DNA of 64,000 nucleotides, from assembly GCF_057098645.1 (NCBI RefSeq), contig NZ_CM169472.1; one strand, written 5' to 3'. Under the pieces are notes generated by a model, which was not told where the DNA came from, searched no databases, and saw only the letters and a list, made by a program, of their open reading frames with translations. This document shows positions 42,866 to 53,662 of the stretch, one piece after another (position 1 is the first letter of the stretch; each line of letters begins with the position of its first letter). Made by a program: the position numbers and the translations under genes.

Positions 42866-43549
42866 TCAGTGCAGGCAGCACTTTTTAAATTTTTTACCAC
42901 TGCCACACTGACACGGGTCATTACGACCGGGCAGTTTTTCTGCCCCCTTCACGGGAACAGGCCGGGATGATGCCTCTGACATTCTCACCGACAACCAGTG
43001 CTGGTAAAGCGCCAGTGCCGCAGGCTGAATGAGAGTAATACTCTGTTCAAATTGAACAGGTGACATTTTCTCAACCACTGGGAAGTTCTTTTCAATACCA
43101 TGAAGGGCTATCGCCTCCAGCGAGGGACGTAAGGCCTCTGGCAAGGCTGACCAGTCATCCAGAGACCGGCCTTTCATATACCCGAAACACCACTCTTCGA
43201 CGATGGTATATGTCTTCCCCTTCACCTCACGTCCATTGAAAATCGGTTCAAACTGTTCAGGGGCCTCATACAGGCAGCCAGCGATATCGTTCATATGCTG
43301 AAAACACAGCCCCACAAAACGCGTCATCTCTTTTTCAGTGGTCCAGCGAGGGTGGTAATCACCTCGCCCCCAGATAGCACTGAGCCAGGTATTAGGGGAA
43401 ATCGTATTCGGGCCAGAGACAATCGCCGTCAGAAAGCCATCCAGCTCAGAGAAACAGAGCACAGAGTCATCATTGCCGTATTTCATCAACACCTCTTCCA
43501 GCCAGTCGATTTCCCGGTCAATCAGCGGCCCGCTTTTCGTCAGTTTCAT
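42866..43549 (-). CDS. YecA-like UPF0149 protein with SEC-C motif (paralogue of chromosomal yecA)
   Basis: 227-aa ORF colinear with YecA at roughly 60 percent identity by eye, ends [24 protein letters not shown] overlap with hsdS stop; stop 22 nt before next gene. Confidence 0.7.
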   Translation of the reverse strand: MKLTKSGPLIDREIDWLEEVLMKYGNDDSVLCFSELDGFLTAIVSGPNTISPNTWLSAIWGRGDYHPRWTTEKEMTRFVGLCFQHMNDIAGCLYEAPEQFEPIFNGREVKGKTYTIVEEWCFGYMKGRSLDDWSALPEALRPSLEAIALHGIEKNFPVVEKMSPVQFEQSITLIQPAALALYQHWLSVRMSEASSRPVPVKGAEKLPGRNDPCQCGSGKKFKKCCLH

Positions 43550-44188
43550 TCGGCAACCGCCTCATCGACCTTAACACGACGTTTGCCAGTCAGTAGCTGT
43601 TGCATCAGGGCTTTTTTCTCGTCTTTCAGGCAGGCGAGTTTTTTCTCCAGCGTGGAGATTTCAGCGTCGGCAGCGGAAAGGACGGCGGCGATTTTTTGTT
43701 GTTCTTTGATATCTAATGGCAACCTAAAGTCTTTCTCTTTAAGTTCTCGCATATGTCTGCTGTAACCTAAATTCGGAATATCTGTATTTGAAAGAAGATA
43801 GTATCCAAGTTTTGGTTCAAGTATTTTGCTAGTTTTTATTACTTGCGTTCCATCAGCACCGGGACAAAACACAAACTCAATCCATTTGACGCATCTTGTA
43901 TGATCGCCAAAAACAATCACAGGCACGTCCGAATAAACCTCTAAATTATTACAGTACCCAGCAATTCGACTTTGCCCTTGATCGATTATAGGGATGGAAC
44001 CTGACTGTAAATAATCGGAAGATTTGACTTGCGCCGATTTTTTATTTGCAACAATGAAAGCATTATCAAACGTTAAATATACCCACTCCCCATTAAACCT
44101 CCCCCCATTCTCATCCAGCAAGCGTTTTTGTCCGGTAAGCAATTGCTGCATCAGGGCTTTTTTCTGTTGCTGGCTGTTGGTGAGAAGC

Positions 44189-45245
44189 GGCTTTGTTGAA
44201 TAAATCAGATTTCGGGTAAGTCTCCCCCGTAGCGGGTTGTGTTTTCAGGCAATACGCACGCTTTCAGGCATACCTGCTTTCGTCATTTTGTTCAGCGCTC
44301 GTACCAGGGCCATAGCCTCCGCAACCTGACCATCGTAGTCACGCAGCGTCAGTGAACCCCCGAACAGCTGTTTTACCCGGTACATCGCCGTTTCCGCTAT
44401 CGAGCGACGGTTGTAATCTGTTGTCCATTTCCACCGCGCATTACTCCCGGTCATTCGCTGATTAGCCACTGCACGGTTACGGTCTGCATATTCACCGGGC
44501 CAGTAGCCCGCACCTTTTCGGGGAGGGATAAGCGCGCTGATTTTCTTACGCCGCAGTTCATCGTGACATAGCCGGGTATCGTAAGCGCCATCGGCGGCGG
44601 CTGACCTGATTTTCCGGTGGGTTTGCCGGATTAACCCGGGGAAGGCCTCTGAGTCCGTAACGTTGTTCAGCGACAGGTCTGCACAGATGATTTCATGTGT
44701 TTTACTGTCAACGGCGAGATGCAGCTTACGCCAGATACGGCGGCGTTCCTGGCCATGCTTTTTGACTTTCCACTCGCCTTCACCGAAGACCTTCAGCCCG
44801 GTGGAATCAATCACCAGATGTGCGATTTCACCCCGGGTGGGCGTTTTGAAACTGACATTAACCGACTTTGCCCGCCTGCTGACACAGCTGTAATCCGGGC
44901 AGCGTAGCGGAACGTTCATCAGAGAAAAAATGGAATCAATAAAGCCCTGCGCAGCGCGCAGGGTCAGCCTGAATACGCGTTTAATGACCAGCACAGTCGT
45001 GATGGCAAGGTCAGAATAGCGCTGAGGTCTGCCTCGTGAAGAAGGTGTTGCTGACTCATACCAGGCCTGAATAGCTTCATCATCCAGCCAGAAAGTTATG
45101 GAGCCACGGTTGATGAGGGCTTTATTGTAGGTGGGCCAGTTGGTGATTTTGAACTTTTGCTTTGCCACGGAACGGTCTGCGTTGTCGGGAAGATGCGTGA
45201 TCTGATCCTTCAACTCAGCAAAAGTTCGATTTATTCAACAAAGCC
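44189..45245 (-). mobile_element. IS903-like element (IS5 family), copy 1, 1057 bp
   Basis: Terminal inverted repeats GGCTTTGTTGAATAAATC; 9-bp target duplication GTGAGAAGC at 44180-44188 and 45246-45254. Confidence 0.9.
44245..45213 (-). CDS. IS903-like transposase
   Basis: 322-aa ORF; recognised by eye as IS903/IS102-type transposase. Confidence 0.85.
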   Translation of the reverse strand: MKDQITHLPDNADRSVAKQKFKITNWPTYNKALINRGSITFWLDDEAIQAWYESATPSSRGRPQRYSDLAITTVLVIKRVFRLTLRAAQGFIDSIFSLMNVPLRCPDYSCVSRRAKSVNVSFKTPTRGEIAHLVIDSTGLKVFGEGEWKVKKHGQERRRIWRKLHLAVDSKTHEIICADLSLNNVTDSEAFPGLIRQTHRKIRSAAADGAYDTRLCHDELRRKKISALIPPRKGAGYWPGEYADRNRAVANQRMTGSNARWKWTTDYNRRSIAETAMYRVKQLFGGSLTLRDYDGQVAEAMALVRALNKMTKAGMPESVRIA

Positions 45246-45815
45246 GTGAGAAGCTTTTCCGTCACCGAAATCGCCTCATCCCAGGTTGACAGAATTTTAA
45301 CGATTCTCTTTTGTTCAGACAGTGGGGGGATATTAAATGGCCACTTAAACCAACTATCTAACTTAAAAATCATTTTCTCTATGTGCACACCAATGCTAGA
45401 GTGGAAGCAGGTTTGCTGGAAATATAGAGACTCCGATAGAAATTCCATATAAGGAAGATAAAAACCGGACTTCCCTGTAAGCACACAATATTCATTCGAT
45501 ACAATTGAGCCAGAAAGTTCTTTAGGTACAAGACCGCAAGCACCGTGCACAATTTGTCGTTTTGATATGAGAAAGTCGCCTTCTTTAATATAGAATTGAC
45601 TTTTTACGGAGATATCTTTTCCTTTAAGATGCTCACGTCTTATTACGCCACCTCTGGAGCGCTTTACTGTAACTAAGTCATACTCTTGATTATCTTGTAT
45701 ATATGCCTTTCTTGCCTCTATATTTAAGCACTTTTCTAATGATAACTTTTGCCATCCTGTAGGTAGCATTCCAAGGATCGGTTTTCCAGCTTTAACGCTC
45801 ACTGGGTAAAGCGAA

Positions 45816-47339
45816 TCACGAGCCATAACCCAACTCCTTCAAATACCCTGCCATCTCAACTTCCAGCTTCGCCAGTTCCACCTTCAGTTGCTCACGCTCT
45901 GCTCGCACCGCCACCAGGTCAATCTCATCCTCTTCTTCAAAGGTATCGACATAGCGCGGAATATTGAGGTTGTAATCGTTGTCCTGAATTTCCTTCAGGC
46001 TGGCAAGATAGGCGTATTTCTCGACGTTATCGCCATCACGGTAGGTCTTGACGATTTTCTTAATGTTTTCTTCGCTAAGCTGGTTCTGGTTTTTACCTGC
46101 CTTGAATTCACGGCTGGCATCGATAAACAGCACCTTGTCATCAACTTTCTACTTTTTGAAAATCAGAATCGCAGCCGGAATCCCCGTACCGTAGAACAGT
46201 TTTTCCGGCAGACCAATTACCGCATCCAGCAAATTTTCGTCGATCAGTTTCTGGCGAATTTTACCTTCGCTGGAGCCACGGAAAAGCACACCGTGTGGCA
46301 CAACTACGCCCATACGGCCAGTTCCCGGTTTCAGGGTTTCGATCATATGCGAGATAAAAGCGTAATCTCCTTTAGTCTTCGGCGGTACACCGCGACGAAA
46401 ACGGCCAAACTTATCGTTCTCGGCCTCGTCATGGCCCCACTTATCGAGGCTGAACGGTGGGTTAGCGGTCACGATATCAAACAGCATCAGGTCGCCATTT
46501 TTATCGAGCAGCTTCGGGTTACGAATGGTATCGCCCCACTCGATTTTATGGTTGTCTTCCCCGTGCAGGAACATATTCATTTTCGCCAGCGACCACGTAG
46601 AACCGATCGCTTCCTGACCGAACAAGGCATAGTTACGACTATCATGCCCGGAGACAATTTTACGCCCACACTTCATCAATAATGAACCGGAACCACAGGC
46701 TGGATCGCAGATGGTATCACCCGGTTGCGGATCGAGCAGTTCTGCAATCAGGTCCGAAACTTCCGGCGGGGTATAGAACTCCCCGGCTTTCTGCCCACCG
46801 CTGGCGGCAAAGTTTTTGATCAGGTATTCGTAAGCATTGCCGATAACGTCCAGCGTACCGACACGACTCGGCTTCAGGTTGAGATCTTCACCGGCGAAGT
46901 CTTCCAGTAGCTGACGCAGTATGGTGTTTTTCTGTTTTTCTTCGCCAAGACGATCGGTGTTAAACGAAATATCCTGGAACACGCTTTTCCCGGCATCTTT
47001 CAGTTTGGTTCCGTTGGCTTCTTCGATTGCATGCAGAGCCTGATCGATACGCTCACCGTTACCCAGCTCATGGCGGCGTTCGTACAGCGCATAAAAGCTG
47101 GCACTTTTTGGCAGTACAAAACGCTCGTTGGCCATCATCGCTTCAATCAGTTCCGGCGCATCGCCATACTGTTCTTTGTATTCGTCATAGTGATCCTGCC
47201 AGACATCTGAAATGTACTTGAGGAACAGCATGGTAAGGATAAAGTCTTTATAGGTATCAGCACTGATGGTGCCACGGAACGTATCACACGCGGCCCACAG
47301 GGCTTTGTTGATCGTGTCCTGACTGATTTTGTCGTTCAT
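45816..47339 (-). pseudogene. hsdM: type I R-M methyltransferase HsdM with in-frame amber codon at 46149-46151
   Basis: 396-codon ORF with N6-adenine MTase motifs (DPACGSG, NPPF) stops at ...AAILIFKK TAG, then continues in frame KVDDKVLFIDAS... for 105 more codons; overlaps hsdS start. Confidence 0.8.
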
Positions 47340-47714
47340 GAATCATCCTGGTCTGAAGAAAAAGCTAGCGATGCAGGGCTTTGCATCTTAAAAATTGCGG
47401 TAAATGATACCGTAAGATGCCTCCCCTGACACGCCAATATCGCAGCATTCAGGTTTGCATCATCCCCGTAATATCGACATGAGACAGACTGACACAACCT
47501 GGCTCGTCACTCGCTAAAAACCAATTATCTTAGTAAGATAGCATCCATATTAGCCATGGTGTAAAACTGCCGTTGGGGTAATGATGATCCATATATCACC
47601 CATTCTGGTGTGTGAAGCTGACATCATCCATAATCGGCAACGTTGATGCCCTTTGATAGTAATGATGACCGTCAATGTGATTCCCCTGCTGACTGGAGGT
47701 CTCCGGATAGAATG

Positions 47715-48878
47715 AGTATTGCCAACTGCGCTATCGGCCCACTTTATGATGAGCAAATAAAAAAAACACTTATGTATGCTGACCATAAATTCAAGCGGCT
47801 AATGAATACACGAATGTCGTTACTCGAACATTTATCACCCCACTATGACTTATCTTCCATGTTCAGCTATGAGTTGGAGGGAAGAGTTTTTCGGATTAAA
47901 TTGATCAAGCCTGAGATTAAATTATCTCGCCAGCAGTTGATCTTCTCCTCACTCTTTTTAGAGCAAGATTTTCTAAAAGAATATAAAAAACACATCTCAA
48001 ATACTCTACAAAAAACAATCAAACAGTGCATTAAAAAATACAAACAAAAAATCAAAATCGAGCCTTCTATTTTAGATTACATATCAGCATCACCCCGCAA
48101 TACGTCGAGTTATGTATTACATGAGATAGTTTCTCAATGTGAACATTGCGATGAAATTCGCAATATTAAAAATGATATATTGCTTGATGAACTAACGTTG
48201 AATGGCCGGATCACTAACATTTCAAAATACATTAAAAATAGTCAAGATAAAATCGTCGAACATATAGAGTTCTGCACTCATAAACTTGTCAATATAAGTC
48301 GTAAGAATCGTCACATTTTCAACAGCACCACAATACCTGGTAGAAAACCTAACATCACTGGTGTTTTACTTTGCCTTTCGGAATTGATAAGCAACCTGCA
48401 TATTTACCCAACTGAAATTAATAATATAAGCAATGCCATAATATTAAGCATTGTATACTCTGTACTTCAACATCTTCAATCTGGAAGAGAAACAGAAAAA
48501 ACCAAAACCTCTCCAGCACTGAATTTCATCCCCACCATCATCGCACCTCATGTTTTCTACCTGGCGAAACGCGAAAAATCCTCTCAATATAAATACATTG
48601 AAAAAGAATATCTTCTCGGCCAGTTACTTATATTTTTGATGTATAAAACAGTTTACTACTCGATTCATAGCATCAGGGTAAGCCGTAAGCATTTCTATAA
48701 CGATATAAAACCAAAATTAATGACACTAAAAAAAGAAAGCTTATTAAGCACCAATTTCATGAAAAATCGAAGAGAGATTAGTGGTGAAGTCTTTGGTGAT
48801 GTTGGTAGTATTGAGGCTGATTTTCGAGAAATCAGCACATTGATTCATCGGCGAAAGGCTCTGTTTATTTCCTTTTAA
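47715..48878 (+). CDS. hypothetical protein, AT-rich, Lys/Ile/Asn-rich
   Basis: Long ORF in strongly AT-rich DNA; start chosen at MSIANCAIG; no recognisable motifs. Confidence 0.4.
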   Translation, partial: SIANCAIGPLYDEQIKKTLMYADHKFKRLMNTRMSLLEHLSPHYDLSSMFSYELEGRVFRIKLIKPEIKLSRQQLIFSSLFLEQDFLKEYKKHISNTLQKTIKQCIKKYKQKIKIEPSILDYISASPRNTSSYVLHEIVSQCEHCDEIRNIKNDILLDELTLNGRITNISKYIKNSQDKIVEHIEFCTHKLVNISRKNRHIFNSTTIPGRKPNITGVLLCLSELISNLHIYPTEINNISNAIILSIVYSVLQHLQSGRETEKTKTSPALNFIPTIIAPHVFYLAKREKSSQYKYIEKEYLLGQLLIFLMYKTVYYSIHSIRVSRKHFYNDIKPKLMTLKKESLLSTNFMKNRREISGEVFGDVGSIEADFREISTLIHRRKALFISF

Positions 48879-49279
48879 TCTTTAGAGAACACTATATCAT
48901 CGTGAAGCAGAGCTAATTTCAGCCTTGCATAGATCATTATCAATGCCATAGACAGTGTTAATCATATGACATCGTTCCGGTATTGATACTGATTATCAGG
49001 CCTTGGTTTTATGTAATTTAAACACCACCATCTCTGAAACCCCATAACGCTCACAATTTAACCATAAAAACTAACCGGTTTATACCCGCTAACAAAATCA
49101 ATAACATATTGAATTTAAATAACTATAACCATTCCAACTACAGATGACTGGCTTTTATTTATGGTATATGTCCCGGCAGAATCAAGCTTGCGCCCTCTAC
49201 CACTCACGATTTAGGATTTCCTCGCTAACACAGCATGTTTCATTATAAATCAATGTATTAATTTAAACGAGGATAAACC

Positions 49280-50126
49280 ATGTTCGAGAAAATGAAAAAC
49301 AATGTAACCCGTGTACCGGGGAATTTAACCATACTTAATCAATACCAAAAAGACATTGATCACCTGTCTAAATTATTTTCTGAACAGCTATTACTGGATC
49401 TAATGACGACTACCAACCCTAATCAAACATTGCAAATGAAACCTTCTGTAGATATTCTTCATGTACTATCTCCATCAGCATCCACTGCTAACCATATCAA
49501 TTTTTTTCAGCACGTCCCAGTGATCGAACTATGGTTAAAAAAGGAGTGCACTGCCTTTAATTCACTTGCTATTTATTTCTATGCACAGCAATCCCGTAAA
49601 AATGTCATTCCGAAAAAAAATCTGTAGACAACTGGACGTATTTATTAATACTGAACTTGCATCTGCGGTTAATGGCAATAGTAATTCTAAACCCCTTTTT
49701 CATTTTCTAAATAACTACCTTTATCATCCTAAAATGATTGCATTGATCATTTTATCTATGCTGCCTTATGAAGTCATTCGTAACGATGAATCACTGAGTG
49801 AGTTTAAAACACCATTAACCACACCCGATGAGTTTATTATCAAAGCATTTTGCGTTAAAGGTACGCAAAACACCACGGGACATAAAAAAGATATCGAACA
49901 ATTGCTTCGAAAAACATATATCTACATTGCATTACTTTTGAACCCTGAGTGGGTACCATCATCCAAGGATTTGATTTCCTTTTTATCAGGAGAGTCCACC
50001 GAGATAAGTGGTTCAATGAATTTCCAGTCAACGTCCAGTGGTCTGGGTGTTCAAACTAACAATATCACTCTTCTTAAGAATGAGGTTTACTTCGAAAAAA
50101 TAGCGAACAAGATCATGAAACTGTAG
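49280..50126 (+). pseudogene. hypothetical gene split by a frameshift in an A8 tract (49614-49621)
   Basis: ORFs 49280-49627 and 49566-50126 overlap in different frames; with A7 instead of A8 the frame reads through (...IPKKICRQLDVF...). Confidence 0.45.
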
Positions 50127-50271
50127 TTTCTTAATATAATGGCGACATGGAATTGTGTTGCCATTATATCCGAATCAGAATTTTTCACCTGATGAACTGT
50201 GAAAACTGAGACTGGCAGACAGTAATCTCGCACCGTATTTTTTCTGTGTTATTTTACAGGAGAAATACGAT

Positions 50272-51400
50272 GCCCATTCTGGATCTGCGTTTCAGCAACA
50301 AATCACTTCACCAACTTCCCCATCCCCTCACGGGCTGTCAGGAATACCGTGATATTCACTGCCAAAACCTGCGTGCTCTGGTGTATCCCAATCGGATCAC
50401 GCTGGCCTTTCGTGCCACTATAAACAATCAGCGTATATATGAACCCCTGGGTCAGTTCCCTCAGCTCTGCGTTGAGGATGCCCGTCAGCATGTGATGAAA
50501 CTGCTTGCTGATAAAAATCGTCTTGCGGTTCAGTCCCGTCGATTCACTGTGGAACAGGCCATCAATGACCTGTGGCTACCGGATTTGCAGTTGTATAAAA
50601 AGAGTCCTCAGTCAGAGTTGTCAAAACTCAACCTCTACGTTCGCCCGTTCTGGGGCAAGCGGCAACTTCGCGACATCACGGCAGGAGAACTAGAACAATA
50701 TGCTGCTGGCTTACGGGAAAAATTACGTCCGTCAACAGTAAACCGTATCCTCGCAATATTGTCCAAAATATGCTCTCTGGCAGTACGTGCTGGATGGATC
50801 ACGCATTCCCCGATGTCACATGTCCGCTATCTGAAAGAAAATAACATTCGCTATCGCACACTATCAGCGACAGAAATCCCGCGCTTTATTGACGCGGCAA
50901 CAGCGCTGCAAACACCGGCAGCTGATTCTATATTGCTTGCTCTTTATACGGGGATGCGTATTGGTGAGGTATGTACCCTGAAATGGGAGTACTGGCACCT
51001 GGATATGCATCAACTCATACTGCCTGATACAAAGTCCGGACACCCTTTCACCTGCCCACTTGCACCTCCAGCCATTGCAGTTGTCCAGTGCCAGCAGGAC
51101 CTGATGCTCAGCAAAACTTACATTTTTCCGCGACTAACCGACAATGCCCGCCCTCTGGCATATCCGCGTGCAACCTTTGCCCGTATTTGCCGGGATGCCG
51201 ACATTGATAACCTGCGGATGCATGACCTGCGCCGTACCTTTGCCACCCGGGTACTACAGGCGACCGGGGATATTGCAATCGCTTCCCATCTGCTAAATCA
51301 CCATTCACTCACGGCGACCCGTCGCTACGCTTTTCACAATGCAGCGACATCACACGCAGTGGTTTCTCAGGTCATTGAAAGTTATGACACGAAAAAATGA
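50272..51400 (+). CDS. tyrosine-type site-specific integrase
   Basis: RBS AGGAG then ATG; catalytic signature R (YTGMRIGE), HDLRRT, HH, RYAFH with Tyr. Confidence 0.75.
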
Positions 51401-51440
51401 ACCAATGATCTGTGATTCGTGAAAGCAGTTCGCAGAAAGA

Positions 51441-51608
51441 TTGAATCTTTCTGCATCCACGGTTGCGTCAGATATTTCTCGCAATCCCGGAAAACTCCCG
51501 CCCTTCATCAGAATTGGGCGGGCTATACGATTCTCTCTTGACGATATTGTTGATTGGGAAAATGCACATCGTCAAAACAAACTTAAAGGTGATATAAATG
51601 GTTACTAA
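51441..51608 (+). CDS. AlpA-like excisionase / HTH regulator (short ORF, no ATG; possibly TTG-initiated or a remnant)
   Basis: Translation LNLSASTVASDISRNPGKLPPFIRIGRAIRFSLDDIVDWENAH resembles AlpA-type HTH; frame opens right after a TGA. Confidence 0.4.
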   Translation: MNLSASTVASDISRNPGKLPPFIRIGRAIRFSLDDIVDWENAHRQNKLKGDINGY

Positions 51609-51786
51609 GAACACGGAAAATAACGCTAATAATGCACTGAACATTCTTCCCGAATCAGCAAGCACAGCTGTAGACAACGATGAAAAATATCTGTCCTTTG
51701 CATTAGTTCTCGCTATCACGATTATGGGCAACTGAACCGCCCCGGGAATCCTGGAGACTAAACTTCCTGAGAAAGAGGTAAACAGG

Positions 51787-52113
51787 ATGACTAAAAATAC
51801 TCGTTTTTCCCCTGAAGTCCGTCAACGGGCAGTCCGTATGGTTCTGGAAAGTCAGGGCGAATATGACTCACAATGGGCGACAATTTGTTCCATTGCTCCA
51901 AAGATTGGCTGTACGCCGGAGACTCTGCGTGTCTGGGTTCGCCAGCATGAGCGGGATACCGGGGGCGGTGATGGAGGGCTCACCACCGCTGAACGTCAGC
52001 GTCTGAAAGAGCTGGAGCGTGAAAATCGTGAACTGCGCCGCAGTAACGATATCCTTCGCCAGGCTTCCGCTTATTTTGCGAAGGCGGAGTTCGACCGCCT
52101 CTGGAAAAAATGA
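51787..52113 (+). CDS. IS629 OrfA (transposase N-terminal HTH part)
   Basis: 108-aa [22 protein letters not shown]... Confidence 0.85.
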   Translation: MTKNTRFSPEVRQRAVRMVLESQGEYDSQWATICSIAPKIGCTPETLRVWVRQHERDTGGGDGGLTTAERQRLKELERENRELRRSNDILRQASAYFAKAEFDRLWKK

Positions 52114-53000
52114 TGCCACTGCTGGATAAGCTGCGTGAGCAGTACGGGGTCGGACCGCTATGCAGCGAACTGCATATTGCCCCGTCAACGTATTACCACT
52201 GTCAGCAACAGCGACATCATCCGGATAAACGCAGTGCCCGTGCGCAGCGCGATGACTGGCTGAAGAAAGAGATACAGCGCGTATACGATGAAAATCACAA
52301 GGTATACGGTGTGCGTAAAGTCTGGCGTCAGTTGTTACGGGAAGGTATCAGAGTGGCCAGATGCACTGTGGCACGTCTCATGGCGGTTATGGGACTTGCC
52401 GGTGTTCTCCGGGGTAAAAAGGTCCGTACGACCATCAGCCGGAAAGCCGTTGCCGCAGGCGACCGCGTAAACCGTCAGTTCGTGGCAGAACGACCTGACC
52501 AGCTGTGGGTGGCTGATTTTACTTACGTCAGCACATGGCAGGGCTTCGTCTATGTGGCGTTCATCATTGATGTGTTTGCCGGATACATTGTGGGGTGGCG
52601 GGTCTCATCGTCCATGGAGACGACATTCGTGCTGGATGCACTGGAGCAGGCGTTATGGGCCCGTCGACCGTCCGGCACGGTCCATCACAGTGATAAAGGT
52701 TCTCAGTATGTATCGCTGGCCTACACACAGCGGCTTAAGGAAGCCGGATTACTGGCATCAACAGGAAGTACAGGCGACTCGTATGACAACGCGATGGCGG
52801 AGAGCATCAATGGTCTTTACAAAGCGGAGGTAATACACCGTAAGAGCTGGAAAAACCGTGCAGAAGTGGAACTGGCCACACTCACGTGGGTGGACTGGTA
52901 TAACAATCGACGATTGCTGGAAAGGCTGGGCCATACTCCTCCGGCAGAAGCAGAAAAAGCTTATTATGCTTCCATCGGAAACGATGATCTGGCAGCCTGA
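52110..53000 (+). CDS. IS629 OrfB (transposase catalytic part, DDE)
   Basis: 296-aa ORF overlapping orfA. Confidence 0.85.
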   Translation: MMPLLDKLREQYGVGPLCSELHIAPSTYYHCQQQRHHPDKRSARAQRDDWLKKEIQRVYDENHKVYGVRKVWRQLLREGIRVARCTVARLMAVMGLAGVLRGKKVRTTISRKAVAAGDRVNRQFVAERPDQLWVADFTYVSTWQGFVYVAFIIDVFAGYIVGWRVSSSMETTFVLDALEQALWARRPSGTVHHSDKGSQYVSLAYTQRLKEAGLLASTGSTGDSYDNAMAESINGLYKAEVIHRKSWKNRAEVELATLTWVDWYNNRRLLERLGHTPPAEAEKAYYASIGNDDLAA

Positions 53001-53662
53001 GTTCACAGATAAAACACTCTCCAGGAAACCCGGGGCGGTTCAAACTTAGTAAAGCTCATCGGCACAGATGGCTTCATACTTTATACCTACACCCTGCAGG
53101 ACACGGCTACTGCTCGTGCTGTTTTTAATGAATTAGCCAGGCGTCTCAAAAATTTCAATCGTCAGGAGGAGGTCTACACCACCGATTCCCTCACCTTTCG
53201 AATGAAATACATTTACGGTGTTACCCTGTTCGAACATGATAGTAAATCTATCCTTAACCTTTTTGATAAGAAGGGTTATCCAGTATTGAGTGAATCAGGA
53301 GAACCCGGTTCTCTTGATGATATGTATCTTGACATTCAAGCCCGATTACATGGCGGCTACGCCTCAAAAAAGTTTCTTCATTTACATGAACATTGTCTGT
53401 TATCTGCACACGTTACCCCGTCTGTGGAAAAGACGCAACGTGGTATCCTGATTAAAGCAGGCAGGAAACTCGTTTCCTTTATCTATGCAGATAATGAATC
53501 TCGCAAAAATGATATTTTCAAAGCTGTAGTAGACGTCATTAAATCCTGATTCATTATGCCGGGTGCGTATTCCGCTCTATTCGATCACGGATTGGCATCG
53601 AAGTCCGATCAGCGATTCGCATCCATTCGATCAACCGGGAACTTAACTTTTTCTACCGCTTT

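Larger units (their letters stand above)
43546..45826 (-). pseudogene. hsdS: type I R-M specificity subunit HsdS, interrupted by IS903
   Basis: N-terminal TRD ORF 45215-45826 and C-terminal ORF 43546-44151 join in frame once the IS and one TSD copy are removed (...TEKLLTNSQQQKKALMQQLLTGQKRL...); conserved repeat KKALMQQLLTG present centrally and at the C-terminus. Confidence 0.8.
51733..53042 (+). mobile_element. IS629 (IS3 family), 1310 bp
   Basis: Ends TGAACCGCCCCGGG ... CCCGGGGCGGTTCA; 3-bp target duplication AAC; orfA/orfB arrangement. Confidence 0.85.
51598..53549 (+). pseudogene. hypothetical 212-aa protein gene interrupted by IS629
   Basis: ATG at 51598 reads to codon 45, IS629 supplies an immediate TGA; removing IS and one TSD copy restores the frame into ORF 53202-53549. 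Confidence 0.6.

Noticed and set aside
51468-51731. 87-aa minus-strand ORF
   Set aside because: Antisense to the excisionase-like frame and the start of the IS629-disrupted gene; hydrophobic low-complexity translation
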